NCBI GenBank assembly: GCA_964016885.1
Contig: OZ024745.1
Location: forward strand, 27,528,001-27,592,000
DNA: 64,000 nt
Origin: Eledone cirrhosa
Lineage: Eukaryota
Reading direction: 5' to 3'
Under the pieces are notes generated by a model. The model was not told the origin of the DNA and did not search any database. It saw only the letters and a program-made list of their open reading frames with translations. A program made the translations under genes and the position numbers. Shown one piece after another: positions 38,757 to 52,275 of this stretch (positions are counted from its first letter, which is position 1; every line of letters starts with the position of its first letter).

Positions 38757-38821
38757 CTAATAAACGGAGTATAAGTATCAAAATGAAAATCCGAAGGCAA
38801 GGTAAAATTCCAATCATTTAA

Positions 38822-38895
38822 TCACGACACATGTTTCAATAAGAGATAGATCGATTGTGAAGCCATGATCGATTATCACTGATCTCATCAGGTGA
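38822..38895 (-). ncRNA. Type I hammerhead ribozyme with a long stem II
   Basis: Minus strand: TCAC-CTGATGA-[47-nt hairpin]-GAAAC-ATGT-GTC-GTGA. Confidence 0.8.
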
Positions 38896-39209
38896 AAATG
38901 AATTGTCTTCAAATTCTTGATATGTATTTCTTTTACTTTTTCTTTGACCTCGAGCCGATGTATGCGGGTGTGGAGTGTGTGTGTACCCACTCACTTCTAA
39001 CTGTCACTGACTGTATCCCTATGGATTTGTTTGATGTCCAGCATCTTTTGCAGCGATGGGAATCTGAAAACTTTTAATGACTTCAACTAAAGCTAATAGC
39101 AGTCGCCTTGTCTCTGACTGACTGATGTGTCTTCATATGAGGGAATGAATTGTGTGAGAGAACATCGTTTTTTTCTCCCTCATATCAAGAATTTGAAGAC
39201 AATTCATTT

Positions 39210-39283
39210 TCACCTGATGAGATCAGTGATAATCGATCATGGCTTCACAATCGATCTATCTCTTATTGAAATATGTGTCGTGA
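39210..39283 (+). ncRNA. Type I hammerhead ribozyme with a long stem II
   Basis: TCAC 39210-13, CTGATGA 39214-20, GAAA 39268-71, GTC 39277-79, GTGA 39280-83. Confidence 0.78.
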
Positions 39284-39324
39284 TTAAATGATTGGAATTT
39301 TACCTTACCTTCGGATTTTCATTT

Positions 39325-39362
<38 letters not shown>

Positions 39363-40719
39363 AAATGAAAATCCGAAGGTAAGGTAAAATTCCAATCATT
39401 AGCATAAACAAAGCTACACACACTTAACACGTATGGGCAACCATAGGTTTTGGGGATCTAGTTATGGTCACCACTGTATATTAAAGGAGGCACTTTTAAA
39501 CTTTTTAAGTCAGTAAAGATGAAGGAGATTTGGTTGCTATCTTTTGCATATGGAGCGACCATGTAGAAGCTCATAAAGGCTCTAATTACAGTTATAATAG
39601 CAGTTGAAGACAGATTTTTTTATAAATATAAAAGATGAACTGAATACAATAATTTCTCAACTTTAGCCTAAAATAATTTTCTCAGTGTTAGCCTCAAGTA
39701 AATCATTTGCAAATCTCCAATATGATTATTCACACAATAATAAAGGCTTCCTATACAATTTACCATAACGTTTTTATATTTTTTTCCAATGGTATATTCA
39801 TAATAAAAACTACTTCAAATTCTTTTACACAACATTAACAAAAGACAAGTATTTTCATTAACGTTTCATTGTTTATAAACAATAAAGAAGATACTCTTCT
39901 TTTTATGTTTACAATTATAAACATTCGTGCACTTATTTGCTTAAAGTTATACCAAATCGTGACTAAAGGGAATATACAAATATTGTTAAACATAAATTAC
40001 TTGGATTTTACACAAAAGCAACCACAAAAACACCCAAATTAATTTAAAATAATTTAAAATAATTTTTGTGAAGACAGTATTTAGATTCTGTTTATTGATC
40101 AGTTGGGTAATAAAAAGCGTCTGTAGAGTGTTTTATGAAATATAGAATAGTGAAACTAATGATGTATATCTCAACAAGTGTATTAATAATTATTAAAACT
40201 AATGAAATATGTATATGTATATTTGATCAATGGTTAATTAAACGTATTAGATACGCCTTACCTGTACGTTAGAAATTTCATAAATTATTATTGTAATACT
40301 TGCCAAGGACCCTTGTTTTAAGGGATAGTCAGTGGTTAGAAGCAAGTGTCAATGACCCTTGTCACATCCTGGCTATGGTATCTGAAACTACTCACTGCTT
40401 CCGTCTTTCTCGCTTATCCCATCTCTCACTATTATAAGCTAAGGGGGGCCCACGCACTGGCTTTATGCCATGATATCTATATAATAAATTAGAAAACTAA
40501 ACAAACAATTTCAACTTTGTATCTTGTTACAGCGATTATTTCAGAAAATATGATTCGCAATCGAATTGTTGTGAAACAAAAAAGTCGTAAAGTTCATGAA
40601 TTGAATCATAAATACGTTTGAAATATGTCACAGGAAGGCATAAATCACTTCTGTAACACAGCTAACAGGTTGTATTAGCATTGACAAATGAAGAGTTTGA
40701 TTTTGTATGTGGCAAGTCT

Positions 40720-40980
40720 GTTCTCTTCCCATCCTCATTACTGAGGGTCGGAAACCATGGACAATCTATAAGTCCATGATTCTCATCAGGAAAAAAGTTT
40801 TGTCAGTGAGTTTCGAATCCTTGACCAACCATTTTTCGGAAGCTGGCTACCAAGTCGCAGCTTATCCGCCTTCATCCCAAGGATGAAGTCGTTATCCACT
40901 TGAGGGGTTGTCACCAGGGTGATTAAGGAGTCAAATATACCCCTGTTATGAAATCAGAGTAGTCGTTCTCCTAGACAAAC
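40720..40980 (-). mobile_element. Family N non-coding dispersed repeat, 3' part
   Basis: Similar to 22480-22720 and to the reverse complement of 20310-20578. Confidence 0.7.
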
Positions 40981-42688
40981 TTATAGATGATGAATTGACA
41001 GAGTCATTTTGTCTTTCATCCTTTCGACGTCAATAGATAAATACCAGTTCTCTCACGAAGTCGTCTCGTCTTCTTTCTCGTCTTCTTTTTCTCTTTGGAA
41101 GAAGTTTGCTGTGGTCAAACATGAAGAGGGAAGGGGTCCTCCAGGTTTAAATGCCTAAGAAACATCTATATCACAATGATGCTCTCACCACTACATCGGG
41201 GCTTATGAGCTTAATGATGATGCATAGAATTCAAACCAAACACCTTGCTTACATATTTAAACTTTAGAACGTGACTCATGTTTCTATAGTGAAGGTTTGA
41301 CCTAGTGGTTAGGATGTTGAACGTACGATCATATGTTGTGAGTTCGATTCCTGGAATGGGTTGTGTGTTGTGTTTATACCATGTCACATTAGCATAAAAA
41401 ATCTGAATCAATTAAGCAGCCTCTAAATGATCGATCAACATTAAGTTTTGAATATTTGTATATATTAACTGTCTAGACTTCGAACTGTTACGGAGATTCC
41501 AGGCTGAATGTGATGGTCATCGAGTCAGAATGACTGACATATATTTCTCAACAAGTTTATCAACAGTGTACTGACAAAAACAAGCGCTTACATAGTCCCA
41601 AGAGAAAGTTGTTTGGAATTGAACCTACGATTTGCATATGATTGCTCAAATGACGTCAAAGTTATATTTCCAAAGATGCTGGCTCATTCGAGGGGACCAG
41701 AATTGGCAAAAATTCTTGTTTGTTTGCCAATCATGATAATCATTCTTCCGTATTATGCTATCTATTTTTTAACTTCCTGCATTTTTGGAGTGAGTTTCTA
41801 ATTAAAGAATGTACTTGGCAACAACATATCAAAGAAGAATCAAATGTGTGTGCTGTTTGTTACTTAGTTTTTACTATCTCAATGTTGTTGGTATACTAAT
41901 GGATAGGAAACGGAACAAAAAAATATGTTAAAATATTAAAGTGAACATTTAGAGGCAGTTTCCCTGGCGATCTTTAGTTTACAATTCAATTTAAAGACAG
42001 CACAAAATTCACATATGTGTACTTGGTTGTATAATTTAGAACGGTTTAATATTTATGTACCTCCAATCAATAATTTTTTTCTGTGAAAAGTGTTATCAGA
42101 TAGAATATTAACAAATATCTTTAGAAAAATTTAATGCATGTTTCATATAATTTATCTTTTAAAATTAAAATGTAAGCTTAAAATACAACGTAGCATATAA
42201 AAAGTTACGTCGAAATCCTGAAGCTCTTAAATTCCTAACCGAAAAAAAAAAAATGAAATTCATTATTGTATATGCAGAATCTCTATTGTAATATATTGTT
42301 TGTTTGATATTTCCATAGATATAAACTTTCAGTTGCGCAATGCCTCGGATATTTTCCTAAGGGCTTAATATTATAAATCAATATGTTATTAAAAACACTT
42401 CATTATAAATTGTATTTTTAGCCATCTATCATATAGACATTGTTTTTAGTGTAGATAAATCAAGACACATCGGAAATGCTAAGTCTCACATTATAGATAT
42501 TTTCCCTATATCATACAATTCATTAATGTGATACGGGTGAATCCAAAGCACATTTTGTGACCTTAAAATGTAGTGATTCAAAATAAATTTCACTTAACAC
42601 TTATAAATACAAAATGTATATTTAAAGAACTGTTGTCAATATGCTATACATCTCCACCGATAAATTTCGTTATTATATAACTTCAGAA

Positions 42689-42905
42689 TGGCGGTAGACT
42701 GACAGAATCAATAGAGCGTCTGAAAAATGCTTTGTGGTATTTATTTACGAATTTCTACTTTCTGAGTTCAAATTCAGCCCTGGTCAACTTTGCTTTTCCT
42801 CTTTCGGGAGTCAATAAAATAAAGTATGAGTAAAGTACTAAGGTTGATATAATCAACTTCCCATTCCCCGAAATTGCTTGCCTTGTGCCAATGCTAGAAA
42901 GAATT
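42689..42905 (+). mobile_element. Older SINE S1 relative
   Basis: GAGTTCAAATTC B-box, core and GCCTTGTGCC tail. Confidence 0.78.
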
Positions 42906-43057
42906 GAATAACTTCAATTATATTGTTTATTGTGCATTTACAGAACAATGACAAAAATACATGTTTCAAATTTTGTGATTTTCTTGACAATCCGCCCATC
43001 AATAAAGACAACTTCTCATAGAAGTGCAATAAGTTTTTAGAGGAACTGTATTAAAGA

Positions 43058-43259
43058 ACGAGGGTCGTCTGAAAGTTCATAGGCTGACTATGAAGGAGTG
43101 ATGCTAGAGCTGTGAAATCTTGCATCCATGAATTTCAACTCTTCTTATTAATAACTGCATTGTTTCTTTACAGGGGCTATGTTTAAAAAAATTAACCTCA
43201 TTTGGTCATTCCATGCGAGTATCTTGGTCAGCCTATGAACTTTTCAGCCAATTCTCGTA
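43058..43259 (+). mobile_element. Mariner-derived MITE, uninterrupted
   Basis: TIRs CGAG..CTGAAAGTTCATAGGCTGAC / GTCAGCCTATGAACTTTTCAG..CTCGTA. Confidence 0.85.
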
Positions 43260-43768
43260 ATTACGATTGGTTTTAGAAGGAAGGTCATGAAGTCAGCCTC
43301 TTTGCAATCCAGTTTTCATCATTGATTCAAACGACACTATGAGATGATGTAAGTAATGTGTTTATATTGTTGTAGTTATTTAGCTATTATTTCCTTAATG
43401 TTTCCCAACATACAATATAATAAGAGTTTAACAGATATAACCATCCTTTTCATTAGAAATATAAATACTACGAACGTTATATTTGAACGAAGGTAGTAGT
43501 TCAAATATAGAAAAAAATATACTAAGTTATGTGAGTCATGTAAAGTACAATTTTATACGCCATTGAAAAGAAAATAGAATTTATTACAATGGTTGTGGAC
43601 TATACGTTTTATTTGTAACTGTGTAACCACAACTATAAATCCAAAGGTAGTTTATGTATGTCAAATCTCTGTTTCAGGATTTATTCTTATTTTAGATTAT
43701 CACACAACATCCTACTAACTCTAGTAGTACATCTATATTCTATAGCCCAGATATATGTATATATATAC

Positions 43769-43844
<76 letters not shown>

Positions 43845-43849
<5 letters not shown>

Positions 43850-44022
43850 AACCAGTAAGACCCCGACAGCTGAGCTCAAGCCGTTTCGACGGCTAATTCC
43901 GTCGAAACGGCTTGAGCTCAGCTGTCGGGGTCTTACTGGTTCCTATTACCCACTCTACTACCTCAAGTATTGAGTACTTTGGTGCGTTATGGTCCACCTG
44001 GTTCCTTACCACATTTCCTTCG

Positions 44023-44024
<2 letters not shown>
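43845..44024 (+). mobile_element. Penelope pLTR-like element, family C copy 2: perfect 48-bp arms with a 6-nt loop, flanked by (TA)n
   Basis: 43845-43892 is the reverse complement of 43899-43946. Contains GAAA-CGGC..GCTG-TC-GGGG. Confidence 0.82.
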
Positions 44025-44055
<31 letters not shown>

Positions 44056-44559
44056 TGTATGTATTATTTTTATTACTATTAAGGAATGCATTCATTGTCC
44101 ATTAAAGCAAGAATATAATGTAACTCGTAATCCTACATTTTTCTAAACATGAGTTTTATTGTGTTTGTTATTAATAAGCTTGAAAAATGGGTCATAACTT
44201 TTAGACCTCTATGTGTCTATTAAATCACTTATTGATAATATTACATTTCAGATATTTCAATAGACCGAATAAGTATATTTATTGGTTGATTGTTAAACAT
44301 TTATGCTGAAGGAAACGGTTACCAATAAAATATAATTTTTCTACACAAGAATTCATTAAATATTCATTAAGTATTAACACTTAATTTAATTTGTCCGAGT
44401 AATATAAGACCAACGTTAGTCCATTATCATTATAAGAAATTCCGCAACAAAGAAATATATATTTATAGACAGAGGTGTGTGGAACGTTAATATAGTTGAT
44501 TGAATATTAATAATTAATATTAGCAATGAAATAAGAGCACAAATGTCTTAGTCTTCGCA

Positions 44560-44960
44560 GTATTGATATCTTTCTTGCTGTGCAGCACTCGGCAGCAAAG
44601 CTATCCAGTGATTGCTGGAAATCACATTCTGCAGAGATAAGTAGCACCATGTCGTCTGCAAATATCAGCCGATTGTTGCTACACCTGCCGGAGATCACCT
44701 TCTGCCGAGTTAAGTAGCACCATGTCGTCTGCAAATGGATGCTACATCTGCCTGCTTTTATACCACGTCTAACCCGGCTGCGCATGTTAATCATATTCAT
44801 GAAGAATATAACCAAGAAAGGTAACAATACGTGCCAATGACAGTACCCGACAACCATATTGCATGTGAATGGAATTACACTGAAGTAGGTGGAGAAGTTC
44901 AAGTATCTCAGGACCGTTTTTATGTATGGTGGAAGGCAGGAGACAGGAGATTGAATTAAA
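44560..44960. mobile_element. Rearranged RTE fragments on opposite strands
   Basis: Minus strand LIFADDMVLL..FQQSLDSFAAEC; plus strand VNGITLK*VEKFKYL; 26-bp duplication at 44638 and 44711. Confidence 0.65.
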
Positions 44961-45989
44961 TGCAAGAATTGCAAATCAATAATGCATGTCTGAAAAAGCA
45001 CCAGGCAATTGTTAAAAAATTATAAATCTTAAAAATAGTCTTTTCAAAAAATCAAAACAAAAATGCAAGATAAGTCCATAATTTGAGCAACGGAAAGCAT
45101 AAGTGTTAAATATCATGCAAGTTGATTGAAGCAACACCATAAATCTAATGTAAAGTAATAAGCCCTGAAACTGTAATTTAGTTTATGAACACAAGCCCAA
45201 ATATATATTTAACTTACATTCCACAAATCGAATATTGGTTTCCTGAAGAGGTTTCGTGATTTCAATTGTTTATTGATTTGATTGATTAATTAGTTAATCT
45301 GCAAATCATTTATATATTGCGATTGCATTTCGTTAAATTGAAACGAACGTAGAAATTGATTACGACGTAATGAAACAAAGAACTTCTTAACTTTCGATTG
45401 TTAACAGTTATTATAATATACACTACATAGCCACCACTTATGTATGGTTATTTCTTTGTTATAGAAATATTCCTCGTTGAAGGTTTTATTGCAATATTTA
45501 AATACTTGTCCTTGTGAATTATTTACTCCAAAACATTTACAAATTCATAGGCATGCAATCGTATTAAATCGCAGTTTTGGAATTAAATGTCACAAAAGGC
45601 ACACATCACTTCAGTAAAATAGTTGACAGATTATATTAACATTGACAAATGGAGATTTTGAGTCTGTAAGGGGTAGGAGGCTGGACTAAATATATTACAG
45701 TATTTAGTATCTGACTATAGCTTTCGTGTTGAAATCTCTCCGGAATCGATCACTTTCCAAAAGCGTATAATCTTGTTTCAGCGTTAGAAACCTTTAATTT
45801 TATTAACAACACAATCACGACACTTTTGTGATTTCTTGTGAAACATTTCCGAGACTGTTTAGTAATATCTTTTCAAAACTTTCATTAACTACAGCTGACT
45901 CGTATGATAAAAAACATTCAACGAAAATCCTTCAATGGTATCAACTGTCTGAATCAGCTATTTCAAACTTGAATGCGGTTGAAGTGATT

Positions 45990-46078
45990 ACATATAAATA
46001 TATATAAGATTATATGTAAATATATATAAGGTTACATATAAATATATATATAAGGTTATATATAAATATATATAAGTT

Positions 46079-46112
<34 letters not shown>

Positions 46113-46243
46113 AGGTTAAATATAAATATATATATAAGGTTATATATCAATTTTTAAAAGGTTATATATAAATATATAAGGTTATATATAAATATACATA
46201 AGGTCATATATAAATATATATAAGGTTATATATAAATATATAA
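45990..46243. repeat. AT-rich minisatellite, about 22-bp unit ATAAATATATATAAGGTTATAT
   Basis: About 10 variable tandem units. Confidence 0.9.
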
Positions 46244-46968
46244 ACATTTCCGCGACTCTGAAAAATTATTGATACTTTTTAACATATCCGTTTATTACAT
46301 ATACATAAAGCTATAGATAAAGAGGAATAAATTATGGGATATTGCAGCATTCATATCTTTCAAAAAGGAATTTGAGATATAAAAATGTTATAAAATGCTT
46401 TCAACGGAATATTCAGAAAGCATCGTGGATTTGGTATATAGTTTATATCACGGAGCTCACTTATCAGCATGATATACCTAAAGTTCTTTCTACAATGTAA
46501 CACGAGAGTATAGAATGACAAACACATCAATAAAGCTTAAATTGACGGAATAATTTCTGTATAAACTGCTGTACACGCTTTTCGTTTATATGGAATATGT
46601 TTACAATATATGGTATAGAATATCATCAGAGGTTGTCTCCCTTCAAAGGACAATTCACACGGAACTAAAAGGCGTAAATTTATCCGTATTGATGTTTAAT
46701 CAATTTTCCGACATAATACTCAGAGTTTCGCTTTTATGTGTATCGATAAATATGACATCGATAAGATTCTTTGTCCAGATTTTTGAATAGTATATCAAGT
46801 CAAATTATGTTAAAGGAGAGGTTCATAATGCTTTGTATAACATCTCACAGTCCTTTGTTTGACTGTCTCATTCATATTTCATGTCACGCGTATTTTGTAT
46901 TGATAACAACTCAGTGTTCATATAGTTATTGAAATTACTGTATAACATATATGAAACAGTAATTATAA

Positions 46969-47045
<77 letters not shown>

Positions 47046-47721
47046 GGGCAGAAAGTGTGTGAGGGAGGGGGAGAGAAAAGACAAGTCAACAAAAGATAAA
47101 AAGAAAGAAGAAATATGTAGAGTACAAATCGCGGAAATATAGAATGGTTTCTTTTTCTTTCTAAGGGGACTTGTTTGTAGTAAGATTAATGTCTAGAAAC
47201 GACACAGAGGAATTAGATGAAAGGTGAAGAACATGGAGAATAAAGTTGAGCTTCACCGGGTTTGTAAATAATGGAATAGTGTACACTTGCCATAATGACA
47301 TATGGTTCTCACCAATAAAAAAAATGATCGATTATCTGTTCTGCCTATTTAGCTATAAACTACACAAGGGAGAGCGAACTTAGTGTTCTAACATCTTAAT
47401 GAATTACAGTTATCGTTTTACGTCCGTTAATTTTACACTTCTAAATAACTGATATTGCTCTTTTAGTGAATAAATTATAATGAATACAAATGTGGCCTAT
47501 TGACTTATAGAACATTTGAGTATGTCACGTGTCTTTAAGCCGAGGCTAATCGATAGAATTTACATGCACTTTTCAAATCAAAAAATTCGTATTTAGTGAT
47601 AAAATTCTCAATATGTTCTCCATTGCATTCGATAACTTCATTCTATTTGTAAAGAAGCTTAAGTTTTGATGTGAGATAGAAGACTAACATATTTTTTTTA
47701 CTTTCTCTCTTGATGTTAGTC

Positions 47722-48244
47722 CAGGGGTCTCAAACAGGACCGCAAACTACTTTTCTATGGCTCATAGCAGTACTATTGTCGTGACTAATATGTTCCTAAA
47801 ACTTGCTAATTTGCTCCACCCCCTTTCCATATTCTTGCAGCAGCAGTATTAAGCTTGACCTGCTAACCTAATGCATGCAGAAAATCAAATTTAAGACCAG
47901 CCAGGGTCAAACCATATTCCTTCCCAGGGAAGAGTAGAATGTACTTTAATATTGCAATCCCTTTCACTTCAAGATCTAAGCTAAAAAGTAGAAATACATA
48001 TATAATTGTATATACACACAAAAACATTCTTAATAAGAACGTTAGCGAAATCTACATCGGCTTATTTCAATGACCTATTGTATTAATTCTTATATCCCAC
48101 TTATTCTCATATGCATACTCATTTTGATATTTAAAAAAGCAGCCTATCAGCTGTACTGCAGATTAGCATTATAACTGTTGGGAATCACGAGCCCCATTTC
48201 TATGTCGTAATGACCCTTTTGAGCCCTTGAGTTTGAAACCTCTG
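47722..48244. mobile_element. hAT (Charlie-like) non-autonomous DNA transposon
   Basis: TIRs CAGGGGTCTCAAAC / GTTTGAAACCTCTG and a perfect 8-bp TSD TGTTAGTC at 47714-47721 and 48245-48252. Confidence 0.9.
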
Positions 48245-48291
48245 TGTTAGTCTATATCCATTAAAATTGTTTTATAAACTTCTAAACTTCT

Positions 48292-48363
<72 letters not shown>

Positions 48364-48367
<4 letters not shown>

Positions 48368-48562
48368 TGTCAACATGAATGGACCTGTTATTTTTATCTA
48401 AAGACATTTTTTCCTATTCCAAGCCACCCGTCCCCTCAATCTATCTTATTTCATATTATTTCTTCTGATGAACGACTAGCGTCCGAAACGTTAAGACCCT
48501 CTTCCTGCTATATCAAGCGTTAACCTAATATATCCCTTCCATATACTGTGCCGATTGTGTTG

Positions 48563-48564
<2 letters not shown>
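48364..48564 (+). mobile_element. Penelope pLTR-like element, family A copy 2, flanked by (TA)n; hammerhead motif at 48461-48496
   Basis: CTGATGA 48465-71 and GAAA 48485-88; the stem II closing pair is mutated to C-C. Confidence 0.8.
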
Positions 48565-48629
<65 letters not shown>

Positions 48630-48630
<1 letters not shown>

Positions 48631-49440
48631 TCTTCGAGCAGATCGTGCGGAAAAGGAGAAAGTTATGCTGATTTCATAATGTTGTACGGAGTACTCCTGT
48701 AGATGACAGAATCACCATCTTTGGCGATTTTAGTGCCAGGGTAGTCCGAGTTTCCGAAACCCGTTGAAAATGGCAATAACAACGGGTGTATTAGAGTTTT
48801 GGTGGAGCAACAGTATATTACCAACATCATTTTCCAACAGAAAGACGTGCTGAAAGCAACATAGATGCTTCATCGGTCGAAGCATTGGAACAGCATATAG
48901 GACATCCCAGTGAGCCAGAGGGACCATGGATGTGTTTTCTATAGCAGAGTAATACCCAGTGTGATTTGTTATAAGGTCCATCGTCTGGTCTGCAACCTTA
49001 GCCTCAATTTCAAGCCCACGAAAAAGAGAGAATGGGCCCCAAAGAAGACATTTCGATTTGGTGACCTCCAGTCTGCTGAAATGAAAGCAATCTTCCAGAC
49101 GAATCTTCAGCATTCTGGGGTTTTCCACAAGGAAGAACAAGGACTTGTTAGATACAAATAATGAGGAGATCTAGGACCTGCTGGCTGAGAAACGATCCGT
49201 CGACTAGATGAAACTTATTGAACCATTTTGTTCTGTTAATAAAGCATCCTTCCGTCTTGTGTGCAATAACCGTTAACACAATTTCAAAGAAATTCAGAAT
49301 ATGTGGTGGACCAACCTTTCAAAGAGAACACAGCTTTGCGCAGTCATCGGTGACTACGGAGGGTTCTATGACGCTCTGAAGGCGATATATGGTCGTCCCT
49401 ATCTATTTACAACCCTTTCTACATTGTAACGGATTCCTAA
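48630..49440 (+). mobile_element. Heavily decayed RTE (BovB-like) endonuclease-region fragment
   Basis: Pieces such as ITIFGDF, ITNIIFQQKD, SKHW and HRLV..L.FKP, interrupted by stops and frameshifts. Confidence 0.65.
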
Positions 49441-49460
49441 ACACACACACACACGCACAC

Positions 49461-49571
<111 letters not shown>

Positions 49572-49727
49572 TATATATATATTATTGTCTTTAAAGCGTT
49601 GAAATATCCGAGACCCCCAGTAGACAACTGACGAGGACCCCCCCCCCGCGTTTTTGCTTTTTTCTTATTCTCACTCCATTTTTAAGCCTACCTTAACTAC
49701 CAACTACACAGCCAATCCTATTCTCCA

Positions 49728-49817
<90 letters not shown>

Positions 49818-49819
<2 letters not shown>

Positions 49820-51999
49820 AATTTCTTACGTGACAACTTACTGCAGGCTACTGATGAAACTTGTGGCTGGAGCAGAGCTTCAACCAGACAGAGAGTGACC
49901 TGGTGGTGGAACAGCACAGTAGATAAGGCCATTAGAGACAAAAGACTAGCATGGAAGGCTTTGAAAAAGGGTGGGAGTAGGGAAGAATATACAGCCACTA
50001 AGAGAGAAGCTAGACGTCAGGTGTACATAGCACGCAGGGAGGCGGAGAGTAGGAGGTTTGCCAATGTTCTGCGACGGGAAGATCAGAGGCGTGCGGTGTT
50101 CCACATTGCAAGGCAGTGTGTCAATGCAAATCAGGATGTTGTTGGAGATAAATGTGTCCGGGATGATGCCGGTGTACTTAGTGTCACGAATGATCAGAAA
50201 AAGGAGGCCTGGAAATGTCATTATGAGAGACTGATGAATGTGGAGAACGAATGGGAGAGAGAGAAATTACCCTTAGTAGATCCGACAGAGGGACCAGCTA
50301 TTGAGATTGACGAATATAGGGTCCTAGAGGCGATTAGGGAAATGAAAAATGATAAGGCTGCTGGACCATCGGGAATAGTTGCTGAGATGCTGAAGGCATT
50401 AGGGGACGTAGGCACTAAACTGGTTGCACGCATCATCAATCAGGCTATATATGGTGGTGTCATACCCAAAGACTGGTGCAGCAGTATTCTCATAAATTGC
50501 TACAAAGGTAAATGGGATGTTCTGGAGAGGAGCAATTATAGGGGTATAAAACTGATGGATCAGGTTATGAAAGTGCCAAAAAGGATATTAGCACAACTAA
50601 TTAGAGAAAGGGTCAAACTAGATGAGATGCAGTTTGGTTTTGTGCCTGGGAAGAGTACAACCGATTCCCTCTTCTTGGTGAGACGATTGCAAGAGAGGTT
50701 CTTAGAGAAAAATAAGCCACTATACTTAGCCTTTGTTGACCTAGAGAAGGCCTTTGATAGGGTACCCCGATCTGTCATCTGGTGGTCCCTAAGGAAGCTA
50801 GGTGTTGAGTAATGGCCTGTGAGGACAGTGCAAACTTTGTACAGAGGTACTCTCAGTAAAGTCAGGGTAGGAATGGAGTTTAGTGAGGAATTCCAGATAC
50901 AAGTAGTACATCAAAGTTCGGTCCTCAGCCCGCTCTTGTTCATTATAGTCCTCCAAGCCATAACAGAGGAGTTTAAGACTGGCTGTCCATGGGAACTTCT
51001 CTATGCTGACGATCTGGTTCTTATAGCAGAATCAGTAGAGGAGCTAGAGAATAAATTTTGGCTATGGAAACAGCAGTTGGAAGCAAGAGGACTGAGAGTG
51101 AACCTAGCTAAGACAAAAGTGTTGATGAGTAGAAAAGAGGACAAAACCCTGATTCCGTCAGGGAAATGGCCATGTTCGATATGCAGAAAAGGAACTGGCA
51201 TAAATTCTATAAAATGCACACAATGCAGTTCCTGGGTACACAAGAGATGTAGCGGGATAGCAGGCAAACTAACAGGTAGGGAGAAATATGTATGCAGTAG
51301 ATGTACAGGGAAATTAGACAGTAGAAGTCGCATTGATAGACACATTTTTCAGATGCAGGAGGGCGCTATAGAAGTGGTGGATAGCTTCCGGTACCTAGGA
51401 GATCAGATTAGCATGGGAGGAGGGTGTTCCGAGGCCATAGTATCTAGAATAAGGACGGGTTGGAAGAAGTTTAGCGAGCTGCTTCCTCTGTTGACGAAGA
51501 AGGGTTTCTCCCTGCGTACGAAAGGCCGGTTGTATGATGCCTGTGTGAGGAGCGCGATGCTGCATGGTAGTGAGACATGGGCAGCAACTGCAGAGGATAT
51601 GCGACGGCTGGAGAGAAATGAGGCAAGCATGCTCCGTTGGATGTGCAGTGTAAATGTGCGTGAACGACCCAGCATGAATGTGTTGAGAGAGAAACTGTGT
51701 CTGAGAGGGATAGAATGTAGTGTACGGGAGAGGAGACTGAGGTGGTATGGACATGTGATGCGCATGGAGGATGACCGATGGGTGAAGAAGTGCCAGGAAA
51801 TGCCAGTTGAAGGAAGACGTGGTAGAGGTAGACCACGAAAACATGGGCGGAGGTGGTGAGAACAGACCTCAGATCATTGAAGCTCACGGTGGAGATGACG
51901 AAGGACCGTGACGAGTGGAGAGATGCTGTGCTGAATAAGACCCGTCCCACCCTTGCAAGCAGGGAAAAGCGGACGTAAAATGATGATGATGATGATGAT
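49818..51999 (+). mobile_element. RTE-clade LINE, 5'-truncated at (TA)n, with few lesions (ORFs 49895-50812 and 50819-51859) and a (TGA)n tail
   Basis: QFGFVPGKSTTD, FVDLEKAFDRVPR, LLYADDLVL, FRYLGD and RLRWYGHVMR; premature TAA at 50810-50812. Confidence 0.93.
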
Positions 52000-52180
52000 A
52001 TCAAGCTTAGAACAGACAAACACAGAGATAGTTACACAAATTCCGCACATTCAATCCCCCTTCTCTATCTTTCAATCTATCTAGCTAGTTATCAAGCTAT
52101 TCCTCATGCATCCATACACACTCACATGCACATTCACGCACACACACACGCACCCACACATACACACGCACGCACACACG

Positions 52181-52275
<95 letters not shown>

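Larger units (their letters stand above)
38776..39400. mobile_element. Penelope pLTR-like element, family B: about 149-bp inverted repeats (38776-38924 / 39181-39329) plus a third partial inverted copy (39361-39400)
   Basis: The arms differ at about 2 positions; each holds a hammerhead; (TA)n lies at 39327-39360. Confidence 0.85.

Noticed and set aside
38015-38774. Two near-identical ORFs on opposite strands (MELSPVDGREPE..)
   Set aside because: Mirror product of the palindrome; TTG start, and both run into (TA)n.
49628-49635. CTGACGAG as a hammerhead core (also CTGATGA near 9945 and CTGAAGAG near 45243)
   Set aside because: No stem II followed by GAAA and no closing stem I.
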